Below, piece by piece: positions 28,274 to 38,049 of a stretch of DNA of 64,000 bases. The notes beneath the pieces were generated by a model that was not told the DNA's origin, did not search any database, and saw only the letters and a program-made list of their open reading frames with translations. Position 1 is the stretch's first letter; every line of letters begins with the position of its first letter. The stretch covers positions 2,912,001 through 2,976,000 of the forward strand of contig OZ251459.1 of assembly GCA_965242525.1 (NCBI GenBank), read 5' to 3'. The DNA is from an uncultured Candidatus Binatia bacterium (lineage in GTDB: Bacteria; Desulfobacterota; Binatia; UBA9968; JAJDTQ01). The translations under genes were made by a program, and so were the position numbers.

Positions 28274-29524
28274 TTACGTTGATTCTTCGCCGCACACCGA
28301 GAGTATGGTGAGCGCGTACACCTGGGTTGCGGCAACCAGGTCCGCAACCTTCATGGCGCGGTTGCGCGCCTGGCTGATGGTTTCCTTCTGGCGGGGCGGT
28401 CCGTAGCAGACCGCGGGGATCCCCACTTCGTTGAACACGTTCATGTCCCGCCACATGCTCATCTCCGCGGCAGGGGGCGCCGGGGGCTCGGCGCCCATGA
28501 CGTCCCGGTGCGCACGGTCGATGGAGTCGATGAGCACGTCGGCGTTCCGCGCCACGTGCCCCCTTGAATACTGATAGACGGAGACCTCGAAGTCGAAGTC
28601 CAGGGCCGCCACCACCGCCTCGACCTCGCGCCGGATGGCCTGGGGATCGGTCTTGGGCACGATGCGCACGTCGTAGTAGATGTCGCAGTAGCCGGGGCCG
28701 CCGCGAACCCCCGCCACCTGGGCCTTGGGGATCATCGCGCCGCCGGGGAACTCGAAGCGCGCCCGGTCCTCGTAGGCAACGGCCCACTCTTCCAGCGCCG
28801 TCACCGCGCGGGCCATCTTGATATAGGGGTTGGGATGCTCCCGCAGCGACCCGCCCCGTTCCAGCCGCGGCGTGTAGGTCTCGCGCCCCTTGCACCGGAT
28901 CTTGAGCCACACCGCGCCGCATTCCCCGGTGATGATGCCGAACCCGGAGGTCTCCCCCACCAGGCAGTAGTCCGCGGTGACGCCCCTGTCGATCAACCAT
29001 TTCGCGCCGAAACCCTCGCCGGGGAAGTTCACCCCCTGGGTGTCGTCCACCGACGGCTCTCCGGTCTCGAAGGCGACCCCGGTGACGTACAGGTCGCCGC
29101 CAAGCGCCACTCCTGCCTTCACGAGCGCCCGGGCCGCGATCATGAACGCGCAGAGTTGGGCCTTGTCGTTGATGAGGCCCTTGCCGAACAACAGGTCCCC
29201 GTCCGCCCACGCCCCTTCCATGCGAATGTCCGCCTCGGAGGCGTCCGCGGGAAGCTCCGGGCCGGTGTCCATGTGGGCGTTGAGGATGAGGCTCGACCCG
29301 CGGCCCGCGCCCCGGACCACGCCCACCGCGTTGACGCTCTCGTCGGTGATCCACTGGAGCCAGGATTCGATGCCGTTCTGCCCGAGCCATCGCACCACGG
29401 CTTCGCCGAGTGCCTTTTCCCTGGCGTGGGGGGAGGGGAGGTTGCCGAGTTCCAGGCAAAGCCGGACCAGGTCCTGCCGGTCGTCGGCGATGATCTCCTT
29501 GAGCCGCTGCGCCGTATCGCTCAT
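28274..29524 (-). CDS. M20/M25/M40 family metallohydrolase (ArgE/DapE-like)
   Basis: LNAHMDT, GKG..NDK, VGET, D...F...GIP..CYGP. Confidence 0.8.
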   Translation of the reverse strand: MSDTAQRLKEIIADDRQDLVRLCLELGNLPSPHAREKALGEAVVRWLGQNGIESWLQWITDESVNAVGVVRGAGRGSSLILNAHMDTGPELPADASEADIRMEGAWADGDLLFGKGLINDKAQLCAFMIAARALVKAGVALGGDLYVTGVAFETGEPSVDDTQGVNFPGEGFGAKWLIDRGVTADYCLVGETSGFGIITGECGAVWLKIRCKGRETYTPRLERGGSLREHPNPYIKMARAVTALEEWAVAYEDRARFEFPGGAMIPKAQVAGVRGGPGYCDIYYDVRIVPKTDPQAIRREVEAVVAALDFDFEVSVYQYSRGHVARNADVLIDSIDRAHRDVMGAEPPAPPAAEMSMWRDMNVFNEVGIPAVCYGPPRQKETISQARNRAMKVADLVAATQVYALTILSVCGEEST

Positions 29525-29597
29525 GCCCCTATTCATACTTGAGCCGCGCGCCTGCCGCAAGGAACGGGCGCGTCCGGCGCCTGCGGCGAACGTCCGC

Positions 29598-29972
29598 CTA
29601 GTCCCGGGCCACGGTCAACGTCATGCGGTGGCCGCGGACGACCTTCACCTGGGCGCCCGCGGGTATGGCCGCGGCGCCGGCTTCGGTGCGCGCGCGCCAC
29701 AACTCGCCGCGCACGTAAACGTAGCCGGTGGGGTCGAGATGGTCCCGCGCCACCCCGCGCAGGCCCGCGAGTTGGGCCGCGCCCGAGGGTTCCAGGCGGT
29801 ATGCCTTGCGCAGGAACGGGTAGCAGACCACGTCCTTCACCACCACCAACCCGAGGCCGGTGAGCGCCATCCATGCCGGCAGGCCCAGCCATGAATGGAG
29901 GACCGCCAGCAACGCCGCGGTCAGGAGCCAGCCGGGTATCTGGAAGAGGTAGTAGCGGGCGAGGGTCCGCAC
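29598..29972 (-). CDS. NfeD-like (short) membrane protein
   Basis: Two TM segments plus a C-terminal G.V.VRGELWRA...V.V OB-fold. Confidence 0.8.
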   Translation of the reverse strand: MRTLARYYLFQIPGWLLTAALLAVLHSWLGLPAWMALTGLGLVVVKDVVCYPFLRKAYRLEPSGAAQLAGLRGVARDHLDPTGYVYVRGELWRARTEAGAAAIPAGAQVKVVRGHRMTLTVARD

Positions 29973-29981
29973 CGGCGGCGG

Positions 29982-30962
29982 TTACGTGGTGGCCTGGGCG
30001 AACAGCCGCAGGGTCTCCCCGCGGTCGGCGCCGCCCACGTCGTAAGGGATGATGGCCACCTGCTGCACCGCGCTCCGCCGGAGTTCCTCGACCTTGGCGC
30101 GGCATTCGTCCGGGCCGCCGGCGATGGCGAACTTGTCCACCAGCCAGTCCGGGATCACACGCGCCTGGCTGGCCCGCTGGTCCATGTGCTGGTAGTAGTT
30201 GTAAGCCTGCCGGATGTCGTCCAGGACCTTCTGCTCGCGATGGTCCAGGGAGAAGGGAAGCGGGTGGGCGATGACCCGGGCCACGTGGGCCTTGACCGCG
30301 TCCTTGGCGCCGGGCCGCTCGGAGACCGCGCACGGGACCCACAGCACCAGGTGGATGTCCGAGAGCTTGCGGCCCGCGGACTCGGCCCCGGCCTCGATCC
30401 TGGCCACGGCCTTTTCCAGCGCGCCGGAATCCACCCCCACGAGGATGATCACGCCGTCCGCCACCCGCCCGGAAAGCTCCAGCATCTTCGGCCCGCTGGC
30501 CGCCACGTAGAACGGGATCTTGCGGTTCTGTGAGAAGTTGAGGCGGATGTTGCCGCTTTCCAGCGCGGCCTCGCCCCCCTCGATGACGGCCCGCATCTGC
30601 GCCACCGCCTCCTCGAAGTCCGCCAGCCGCGCCTGTTTCCGGCCCATGGTCTCCAGGGAGCTGTCGCCGAGCCCGATGCCCACCGCGAACCGCCCCGGCG
30701 CCATCTCGTCCAGGGTCGCGTACGCGCTGGCCAACACCGAAGGGTGCCGGGTCACGGGGTTGGTCACGCCGGTGCCGATGACGACCCTGGACGTGTTCAG
30801 GGCCACCGCGGCCATGTTCACGAACGCCTCGCGCCAGATGAGGTGCGAGTCGCCGATCCACACGTGGGTGAACCCCGACTCCTCCGCCTGCTTGCCCAGT
30901 TGGACGATCCGCGGGATGGGCTCCGTCGGGAAAAGTCCGACGCCGTACTGTAGTGAACTCAC
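29982..30962 (-). CDS. LLM-class flavin/F420-dependent oxidoreductase (Mer-like)
   Basis: AE..GF..VW.GDSH, GTGVTNP.TRHP, G.G.GDS, AASGPKML..SG..ADG; AGGAGG RBS before GTG. Confidence 0.88.
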   Translation of the reverse strand: MSSLQYGVGLFPTEPIPRIVQLGKQAEESGFTHVWIGDSHLIWREAFVNMAAVALNTSRVVIGTGVTNPVTRHPSVLASAYATLDEMAPGRFAVGIGLGDSSLETMGRKQARLADFEEAVAQMRAVIEGGEAALESGNIRLNFSQNRKIPFYVAASGPKMLELSGRVADGVIILVGVDSGALEKAVARIEAGAESAGRKLSDIHLVLWVPCAVSERPGAKDAVKAHVARVIAHPLPFSLDHREQKVLDDIRQAYNYYQHMDQRASQARVIPDWLVDKFAIAGGPDECRAKVEELRRSAVQQVAIIPYDVGGADRGETLRLFAQATT

Positions 30963-31174
30963 CTTTCCTCCTTGTCCCGGCAGAGCGGCGCCCCGATGCG
31001 CGGGCCGCGTCAATGGGGGACCCGCCCACTCGGACGACTCTCGCCGCAGCGGCCTTGCGTTCGCATGGGTCGGGCGTCCGCTTCGGGCAGCTTCGCGCTA
31101 CGCGCGCGGGCTGCTCGCATGGGTCGGGCGAACGTCCGCCGCGCCCGTGTTCCGGAAACCCGGCTACCGGCCCA

Positions 31175-32344
31175 TCAGCCGCGGATCACCGCGCCCCGCT
31201 CCGGCGGCGGCGTCTGCTGGCTCCTGCCCGGCACGGTCAGTTCGCCGTCGATCATCACCACAGAGATGCCCGGCAGGTCCCCCTTGGCGAAGGAGTCCAG
31301 GGCGTCCCCGGACACGGACCCGGTGATGCGGTCCATGATCACGAGGTCCGCGGGCCTTCCCTCGGCGATGACTCCCAGGTCCAGCCCGTGGGCGCGTCCG
31401 GTGTTGCCGGTGGCCATGGCCACCGCCTGTTCCGGCGGGATCCCTCCCAGGGAGGCGAGGAAACAGATCTCCCGCAGGATGCCGCGGGGGACCACTCCGG
31501 TGCCGCCGGGCGTGTCCGTGCCCACCAAGACCCGATGCCGGGCGTCGTGGGCGTTGACGGCCTCGGTCAACTTGAGTCCCATGCGCAGGTTGCCGGAGGT
31601 GCAGATCTCCACGTCGCAGTCGGTCTCGGCCACGATCCGCCGCAGGTCCTCTTCCGGCATGGGGATGGGGCCGCCGGTGCTGTGGCCGATGACGTCCGGG
31701 TCGATGGCCTTCACGATGTCCATGCCCGCCACTTGGCTGACCCCGGACCGGGACACCCCGCCCGAGTGGATCTTGACCTTGATGCCGCGCGCCCGGGACC
31801 ACCTCACGTAACGCTCGGCCTCGCCGTTGGGCAGCAGGCCGTAGTCGTAGAAGATGAACTTGACGAGGCCGATGCCCGCTTCGGCGATGGTGTCGAAGTC
31901 CTTCTCCTCCAGGCCCGGCACCAGCAGCAACGTGCCCCCGTGCACCTTGACCCCCGAAGGCCGGAGGTTGTCCCAGCAGCGCTTGGCCACCACCGCCAGC
32001 GACACCGCGCACAACGGGTCCGGCGGCAGCGGCAGCCCGGGAACGTGCAGCTCCCCCGCGGAGATGATGGCGGTGACCCCGCCGTGCATGTAATGGGTGA
32101 TCCACCCCTGGGAGTTCTGGGCCGGCGTGAAATCCCCGAAGGTCGGGTGCGAGTGCGAGTCGATGAGGCCGGGGACCACCGTGGTCCCGTTGGCGTCGAT
32201 GGTCCGATCCGCGCTGCCGCCCAGCCCCTTCCCGATCTCCCGGAAGACCCCGTCCGCCACCAGGATCGAGTCCGCGTCCCGCAGAGGGTCGTCGATAACC
32301 CCGGTTACCAGCGTCCCTATGTTCCTGATCAGCGTCGTGCCCAT
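31175..32344 (-). CDS. Amidohydrolase, enamidase-like
   Basis: PGLIDSHSHPTFGD, HGGVT..ISAGE.H.PG, H.GG.S, GTDTPGGTGV.P. Confidence 0.85.
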   Translation of the reverse strand: MGTTLIRNIGTLVTGVIDDPLRDADSILVADGVFREIGKGLGGSADRTIDANGTTVVPGLIDSHSHPTFGDFTPAQNSQGWITHYMHGGVTAIISAGELHVPGLPLPPDPLCAVSLAVVAKRCWDNLRPSGVKVHGGTLLLVPGLEEKDFDTIAEAGIGLVKFIFYDYGLLPNGEAERYVRWSRARGIKVKIHSGGVSRSGVSQVAGMDIVKAIDPDVIGHSTGGPIPMPEEDLRRIVAETDCDVEICTSGNLRMGLKLTEAVNAHDARHRVLVGTDTPGGTGVVPRGILREICFLASLGGIPPEQAVAMATGNTGRAHGLDLGVIAEGRPADLVIMDRITGSVSGDALDSFAKGDLPGISVVMIDGELTVPGRSQQTPPPERGAVIRG

Positions 32345-32551
32345 GTTCCCGGCCCCCTTGCGGCGTCGAGACTCCAACCGGCCGTAACCGGCCGTCGGTG
32401 TGACGAGCTTGGGGAACCTAGCACAGATACCGGAGAAATTCAGGGGTTGGGCTGCCAGGGGCTCGATGGCAAGGAGCGTTGACGTGAAGTCCAGGAGGCA
32501 GGAAGGCGTATGTGCAAGATGCAGGAAGGCCACCCCCGCGGACGTCCCTCC

Positions 32552-32602
32552 CCGTCATCCCCGCGAAAGCATGTCCTCGCGGAAGCGGGGGCGGAAATCC
32601 AT
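32552..32602. repeat. Degenerate GTCATYCCCGCGAAAGC...AATCCA repeat
   Basis: Similar to the copies at 1580 and ~45995. Confidence 0.65.
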
Positions 32603-32629
32603 CAGGCGTCGAGGTCGAGGAGGAAGCTC

Positions 32630-32929
32630 TCATCGGGTCTGCCTGCCTGCTGTCCGACCCCGTTCATGCCGCTGGATATGCTCGCGGAGCACCAGGTTGA
32701 TCTCCGTCTGGTAACCGCGGCCTCCCTGCGCATGCGCCTTGAACCACGCCACGATCTCCGCGTCCAGCCGCAACGTGACCTGTTGTTTGACAGGCCGATA
32801 GAATGCGCCTCGCCTTGCCCCTGACCAATCGAGAAGCTCAGGGACCTCCGTCGTGTCAATCCGGTCGTCGGGCAATTCCGAAAGCGCCCGGAGCTCCTTC
32901 TTCTGTCCGGTCGTCAATTTGGAATGCAT
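32630..32929 (-). CDS. BrnA antitoxin family protein (no BrnT adjacent)
   Basis: D..ID..E.PE, FYRPVK..VTLRLDA....WFK....GYQT.IN..LR. Confidence 0.88.
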   Translation of the reverse strand: MHSKLTTGQKKELRALSELPDDRIDTTEVPELLDWSGARRGAFYRPVKQQVTLRLDAEIVAWFKAHAQGGRGYQTEINLVLREHIQRHERGRTAGRQTR

Positions 32930-32960
32930 GAGGCCGCCCCCTTCATGGCACAACTCCCCC

Positions 32961-33098
32961 AGGGAACCCCTGGACAATCGAGACATCCAGGCCGGATTCC
33001 CTCATCCTGCCCCCTCCATCCCCGTTCGTCCTGAGCGTAGCGAAGCGGAGTCGAAGGACGCGCCCATGCCCCTGTCCCGATTGTCCAGGGGGTCCCTT
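32961..33098. mobile_element. MITE-like element with a REP core
   Basis: AGGGAACCCCTGGACAATCG...CGATTGTCCAGGGGGTCCCT inverted ends. Confidence 0.8.
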
Positions 33099-33149
33099 GC
33101 AGGTTATGAACGGCAAGGGCATGTGGTATGGTTGGAGCGGAGGCCCTTC

Positions 33150-33392
33150 ATGCAATGGCGCCGCTACATCCATAGCGACCCGTCCATCCTTGCGGGCAAA
33201 CCCGTAGTCCGGGGAACCCGACTGTCCGTCGAGTTCCTGCTCGGCCTGATGGCCGACGGCTGGACCGAACGGCAGATCCTGGAGAACTACCCGCAACTTT
33301 CCGTAGAGACGTTGCGGGCGACCTTCGCTTTCGCCGCGGAATGCACGCGGGACGAACGGGTTTACGCCGTACGTGGCGGAACGCCACGTTGA
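33150..33392 (+). CDS. DUF433 (VapB45-like) antitoxin
   Basis: I..DP.ILAGKPVVRGTRL.VE..L...A.G.T...IL..YP.L. Confidence 0.88.
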   Translation: MQWRRYIHSDPSILAGKPVVRGTRLSVEFLLGLMADGWTERQILENYPQLSVETLRATFAFAAECTRDERVYAVRGGTPR

Positions 33393-33462
33393 AGTTGCTG
33401 GCAAACGAGAACGTGCCTCTGGCCGGCATGGAGTCTCTCTCCGAGTATGGAACATGACGTTA
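33389..33462 (+). pseudogene. Truncated DUF5615 PIN (VapC45-like) toxin
   Basis: TTG overlaps the DUF433 stop: MKLLANENVPLAGMESLSEYG, then HDV out of frame, then stop. Confidence 0.65.
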
Positions 33463-33524
33463 ATCGGTTTCCATTTCCGCGCCAAGGCGCTACGATCTTC
33501 CGTGCCGGGTCAGGGGGAAACTCA

Positions 33525-33736
33525 ATGAGCACGGAATACACCATCGTTATCGAGGAGGACGAAGACGGCTACTACGTGGGAAGCGTTCCCGCCCTTCCGG
33601 GCTGCCATACACAGGCCAAGTCAATCGACCAATTGCTCGAACGACTGCGGGAGGCGATTGCGCTCTGGCTCGATGTAGAAGACTAGGCGTGCCGGGGTCG
33701 CTCGAACTGGTCAGCATTCAAAGAATAGCCGTATGA
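33525..33736 (+). pseudogene. HicB-family antitoxin (stop at 33686; C-terminal tail in a shifted frame)
   Basis: Y..VIE.DEDGYYV.SVP.LPGCHTQA.S...L..R..EAI.L; tail GVPGSLELVSIQRIAV* follows in another frame. Confidence 0.7.
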
Positions 33737-33820
33737 ACGGGATGCTGCAGGTGGCAGGCGGTCATGTAATACGAGTTGTGTAGCGACGAACCGCCATCAA
33801 CACTGATGTCTATGGACCGG

Positions 33821-34942
33821 TTACTTGCGCGGATAGCGTGCCACTGTCGCCCGTAACTGGTCAGCATAGTCCGAGATGTTGTCGAGGGATTTCAAGGAGT
33901 GTTGCGTCTCCTTCTTGGCTTCGTCAAACAAACCCAGTCTCATCACGTTTGTTGCTTTGAAGTATAGCCGGCAGATGCGCTTCTGTTGGTTGTCATCAAG
34001 CAACACCGTGCAGTAAGATCGTGCAGTCCGCACATCAATTCGGTTCTGATCAACTATCTGGGCGACGATGTTTCTCACTTTATTGAGACCTTCCTTCTCT
34101 TGGTCCGTGGCTTTTCTATTTCTGCCTTCCTTGACCTCTTCATGTGGGTCGTCAGGTCGCCTGACTCTCGAACGCTCTGTGACCGAGACTTCGTAATTCT
34201 CCTGAGTAGCATTCATAGACGAAGCCTTCTCCAAGGTTTTCTTGACCTCCTTCTTCGATTCGTCGGAAATAAACTCATGGAAAGCCTGTTTTACCAAATC
34301 TGTAAAAGACTCTCTGATTTTTTGGGTCATCTTCTTGTCATAGACTTGACGGGCGAGTAATATCACGAAGTCTTTGTCTGGTTGATTATACATCTCATGC
34401 AAATACTCCTTCATACCCCCGACGTACTTCAGCTTTTCAGCAGCATCATAACCTTTCTCGACATCGAGGGAAGATTTGTCAAGGTGTAGCTTATTTAACG
34501 CATCCACATCACTCTGGCTTAGATGAGCGAGGTCGATTTCCAGAAATGGGTTCGTGTCCATCTTACCCTTTTTGTTAAAATCGCTGTAGAATTTATAGAC
34601 GATACCATTCGTGAGGATAGCGAAGCGTGCGTCGGTATCATTAAAATACCTACCTAACTGTTCTTCTTTACCAGCGTCTAGCGGATCACTGACTTTCTTG
34701 CACTCGATCAGGATTACGGGCTTACCATCGTGCATGATGGCGATGTCCACTTTCTTGCCCTTCTTATCTGCAAAGTCAGCAGTAGATTCAGGAACAACTT
34801 CGGCTGGGTCAAAAATGTCATATCCCAACTTCCGTATAAACGGCAGAACCAGAGCAATCTTGGCAGCCTCCTCCGTGTCCAAATAGTCCTGTTGCTCTAT
34901 GGCCTTCTGCGAAAGCATCTTCAAAGCCTCTGATGACAACAT
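33821..34942 (-). CDS. Type I restriction HsdR N-terminal domain-containing protein (stand-alone, lower GC)
   Basis: TEEA.K.ALV.PF...LGYD.F.P.EV.PE..AD, KVD.AI, IECK, ILTNG..Y.FY.D. Confidence 0.85.
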   Translation of the reverse strand: MLSSEALKMLSQKAIEQQDYLDTEEAAKIALVLPFIRKLGYDIFDPAEVVPESTADFADKKGKKVDIAIMHDGKPVILIECKKVSDPLDAGKEEQLGRYFNDTDARFAILTNGIVYKFYSDFNKKGKMDTNPFLEIDLAHLSQSDVDALNKLHLDKSSLDVEKGYDAAEKLKYVGGMKEYLHEMYNQPDKDFVILLARQVYDKKMTQKIRESFTDLVKQAFHEFISDESKKEVKKTLEKASSMNATQENYEVSVTERSRVRRPDDPHEEVKEGRNRKATDQEKEGLNKVRNIVAQIVDQNRIDVRTARSYCTVLLDDNQQKRICRLYFKATNVMRLGLFDEAKKETQHSLKSLDNISDYADQLRATVARYPRK

Positions 34943-34998
34943 GTTGTGCCTCCTTTTCGACCGCTGGCAACTCACTGCCCCGAAATGCCCCTCGCGGG

Positions 34999-35541
34999 TT
35001 ACTTCGCGGCGGCCTTCCTCTCGACGACCCCGCAGGCGATGCGGCCGCCGGCGCCGCCGATGGGTTGGGTCATGTGGTCGTCGGGGTTGGCGTGGATGAT
35101 GACGGCAGAGCCGTCCGCGTCCAGCAGCGCCGGGGCGCTCTTGCCGTCGGCAACGCTCACCAGGGTGGTGTAGAACTCGGCCATGCCGGTTCCGTCCGCG
35201 GCCACGTACAGGTTGGGCAGGTCGCCGTTGTCCGGGCCGTCCGGGTTGCGCAGGCCGTGGGCGCGCTTGTGCGGGTTGATGTGTCCCTTGGCGGCCTTGA
35301 AGTCGGGGGCGCAGCCGCCGACGCTGTGCAGGTGGATGCCGTGGGGGCCGGGGGGCAGGCCGGCCACCTTGACGAACAGGAGCACGCCGCCGGGGGCCTG
35401 CTCGAAGGCCACTTCTCCGATGACCTTGCCGTCCGTGTTGACCATCTCGGCCGCGGCCATGTCCGCGGCCGTTGCGGGCAATGCAGCCACGGAAAGCGCT
35501 GCGACCGCGGCCAGAACCAGCGTCCCGGCATACCTTCCCAC
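34999..35541 (-). CDS. sodC: Cu/Zn superoxide dismutase family protein, exported (start uncertain)
   Basis: Signal peptide; HGIHLH..G.C, GH.NP, HG, GDLPN, IIH..PDD, GGAG.RIACG. Confidence 0.88.
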   Translation of the reverse strand: MGRYAGTLVLAAVAALSVAALPATAADMAAAEMVNTDGKVIGEVAFEQAPGGVLLFVKVAGLPPGPHGIHLHSVGGCAPDFKAAKGHINPHKRAHGLRNPDGPDNGDLPNLYVAADGTGMAEFYTTLVSVADGKSAPALLDADGSAVIIHANPDDHMTQPIGGAGGRIACGVVERKAAAK

Positions 35542-35587
35542 CGCGTTCGCGCTTGCCCGCAGCGACTGCGAAAACAGGAACTGTCCA

Positions 35588-35854
35588 CTACCGCATTCTT
35601 CGAGACTTCCCATTGGTGACCTCCGTTCCTGAAACATCGCCATCCGTGCCTGCCGGCTCATCCGCAGGTTTCGGATTCGATACGCCTTCCGCTTCCGGCT
35701 TTATGCGGCGCGCCGGGAGTCTGATATACCTTCTCCCGCTCGCCCGTTGCTGAGCTACCAGGTCTTCGACGATCCGATCCGGGTCGTAGTCGAACTGCGC
35801 TGCGTGCTCCTGCCTGTATCGCCGTATTTCTTCGACTATGGGATCGTCCTTCAT
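35588..35854 (-). CDS. Small protein of the DPIVEEIRR.R type (putative antitoxin, normally PIN-toxin associated)
   Basis: MKDDPIVEEIRRYRQEHAAQFDYD.DRI..DL...Q. Confidence 0.6.
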   Translation of the reverse strand: MKDDPIVEEIRRYRQEHAAQFDYDPDRIVEDLVAQQRASGRRYIRLPARRIKPEAEGVSNPKPADEPAGTDGDVSGTEVTNGKSRRMR

Positions 35855-35889
35855 GTTCCGTCCCTCGATAGTTCCTTCGGCGTCCATGT

Positions 35890-35952
35890 CGCGTCCTTCG
35901 ACTTCGCTTCGCTACGCTCAGGACGAACGGAGGCAATTGTACAGGGTTTCCG
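35890..35952. repeat. REP-like core plus MITE right end
   Basis: GCGTCCTTCGACTTCGC...GACGAACGG followed by AATTGTACAGGGTTTCC. Confidence 0.8.
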
Positions 35953-36132
35953 CAAGTTGTCCAGTCGTTCCCCTCCACTACTCCGGTCCAGGGCCGGGCT
36001 TCGACGGACGAGGAGATATGCGAGTCGTTCAGGGCTTCCTTGACGGTCCGTTCAGAGTCTCCTACGGTCCTTCACGGGACCGTTGTGCAGAGTTTTCCAT
36101 GGCCACCCGCCGCTACCATGACAGCCTCGCCG

Positions 36133-36909
36133 CTAATGCGACAATATCTGGCTCAGGAACAGCTTGGTGCGGTCGTTCCGGGGGTGGTTGAAGAACTCTT
36201 CGGGGGTGTTCTCCTCGATGATCTCGCCGCCGTCCATGAAGATGACACGGTGGGCGGCCCGGCGGGCGAAGCCCATCTCGTGGGTGACTACCAGCATGGT
36301 CATGCCGCTCTCAGCCAGTTCGATCATGGTGTCGAGCACTTCCTTGATCATCTCCGGGTCCAGGGCGGAAGTCGGCTCGTCGAACAGCATGATCCGGGGC
36401 TGCATGCACAGGGCCCGGGCAATGGCCACCCGTTGCTGCTGGCCGCCGGAGAGTTGCCCCGGGTACTTGTGGGCCTGCTCCGGGATGCGCACCCGCTCCA
36501 GCAGCCGCAGGGCGATCTCTTCCGCGTCCCGCCTGGGCAGCTTGCGCACCCAGATGGGTCCCAGGGTGCAGTTCTCCATCACCGTGAGATGGGGGAACAG
36601 GTTGAAGTGCTGGAACACCATCCCCACCTCGGAACGGACCCGCTCGATGTCCTTCAGGTCCCGGGTCAGCTCCACGCCGTCCACCACGATGGCGCCCCGC
36701 TGGTGGACTTCGAGCCGGTTGATGCAGCGGATCAGCGTCGATTTGCCGGATCCGGACGGCCCGCAGATGACGATGCGTTCCCCCGCGGTGACGCGCAGGT
36801 GGATGTTCTTGAGCGCGTGGAACGCGCCGTACCACTTGTTCATGCCGGTGATCTCGACCATCACCTTGGAGGGGTCGAGGGAGGACTCGATGCGATCGAC
36901 TTCTTCCAT
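36133..36909 (-). CDS. aapP: General L-amino acid ABC transporter ATP-binding protein
   Basis: [41 protein letters not shown]. Confidence 0.92.
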   Translation of the reverse strand: MEEVDRIESSLDPSKVMVEITGMNKWYGAFHALKNIHLRVTAGERIVICGPSGSGKSTLIRCINRLEVHQRGAIVVDGVELTRDLKDIERVRSEVGMVFQHFNLFPHLTVMENCTLGPIWVRKLPRRDAEEIALRLLERVRIPEQAHKYPGQLSGGQQQRVAIARALCMQPRIMLFDEPTSALDPEMIKEVLDTMIELAESGMTMLVVTHEMGFARRAAHRVIFMDGGEIIEENTPEEFFNHPRNDRTKLFLSQILSH

Positions 36910-36922
36910 GGCGCTTCCGTTC

Positions 36923-38047
36923 CTACCGGTCGCCCACGCTCAACCTCTTCTCGAGCCACAGGGAGTAACGCGACATGGCGAAGCAGCTCACGAAGAAGAA
37001 CAGCGCGATGAACAGGTACGTTTCGTTGGAGAGCCCGTTCCACTTGGCGTCCGCGAGGATGGCCCGGGCCACTCCGAGGGGGTCCAGCAACCCGATGATT
37101 ACAACCAGCGTGCTGTCCTTGTAAAGGCCGATGAAGACGTTGACGATGCCCGGTATGGAGATCTTGAGGGCCTGGGGCAGGGTGATGAGCCAGGTGGTCC
37201 TCCAGTAGGACAGGCCCAGGGCGTCGGCCGCCTCGTACTGGCCTCGGGGAATGGCCTGCAGGCCGCCGCGCACGGCTTCCGCGATATAGGCCGCGGCAAA
37301 GAGCGTGACCATCACCAGCACCCGCAACAGCAGGTTGAAGCTGGTCCCCGGGGGCAGGAAGTAGTTGAGCATGGTGGAGGCGATGAACAGCAGCGTGATG
37401 AGGGGGACGCCGCGCAGGACCTCGATGAAGGCGGTGGAGAGGACCCGGATGGCGATGAGGCGCGACTGCCGCCCCAGGGCGAGCAGGATGCCCAGCGGAA
37501 GCGAGGCCACGATGCCGGTGACCCCGAGGATCAGCGTCAACAGGAAGCCGCCATAGGCGCCCGTATCGACCACCGGCAGGAACAGGCCGCCGTAGATCAG
37601 CCAGGCCGCGACCGCGGGATAAGCCAGTGAGAACCAGAGCAGCCGGCGGCGGAAGGGCGTGCGGTCGAACAGCACCGGGGCCAGGGCCGGCGCCAGCAGG
37701 ACGAAGGCCAGGATGGGGCGCCAGCGCTGGGCTTCGGGATAGAAGCCGTAAACGAACTGGTCCATGCGCGTGGCCACCACCGCCCAGCAGGCGCCGTCCC
37801 CCAGCTCGGCGCATTCCGTGCGGGAGCCGGCCTCCACCACCGCGTCCAGCACGAACCAGCCCAGGGTCGCGGTCACGAACTCGTAGATCAGCCACAGACA
37901 CACCACGGTGAGCGCGGCGTTGAGCGGCGACGAGAACAGGTTGGCCCGCAGCCAGCCCACCACGCCGGTGGACCCCGGAGGGGGCGGCAGGTCCGGGTGG
38001 CTTCCGGGCGGGTATTCGCGGGGCGCGGTCTGGACGGTCTGGACCAT
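36923..38047 (-). CDS. aapM: General L-amino acid ABC transporter permease
   Basis: W...[25 protein letters not shown]...GQYEA. Confidence 0.9.
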   Translation of the reverse strand: MVQTVQTAPREYPPGSHPDLPPPPGSTGVVGWLRANLFSSPLNAALTVVCLWLIYEFVTATLGWFVLDAVVEAGSRTECAELGDGACWAVVATRMDQFVYGFYPEAQRWRPILAFVLLAPALAPVLFDRTPFRRRLLWFSLAYPAVAAWLIYGGLFLPVVDTGAYGGFLLTLILGVTGIVASLPLGILLALGRQSRLIAIRVLSTAFIEVLRGVPLITLLFIASTMLNYFLPPGTSFNLLLRVLVMVTLFAAAYIAEAVRGGLQAIPRGQYEAADALGLSYWRTTWLITLPQALKISIPGIVNVFIGLYKDSTLVVIIGLLDPLGVARAILADAKWNGLSNETYLFIALFFFVSCFAMSRYSLWLEKRLSVGDR

Positions 38048-38049
38048 GG

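Noticed and set aside
31062-31130. TCGCATGGGTCGGGCG direct repeat x2
   Set aside because: Only two short copies in GC-rich intergenic DNA; no function can be supported.
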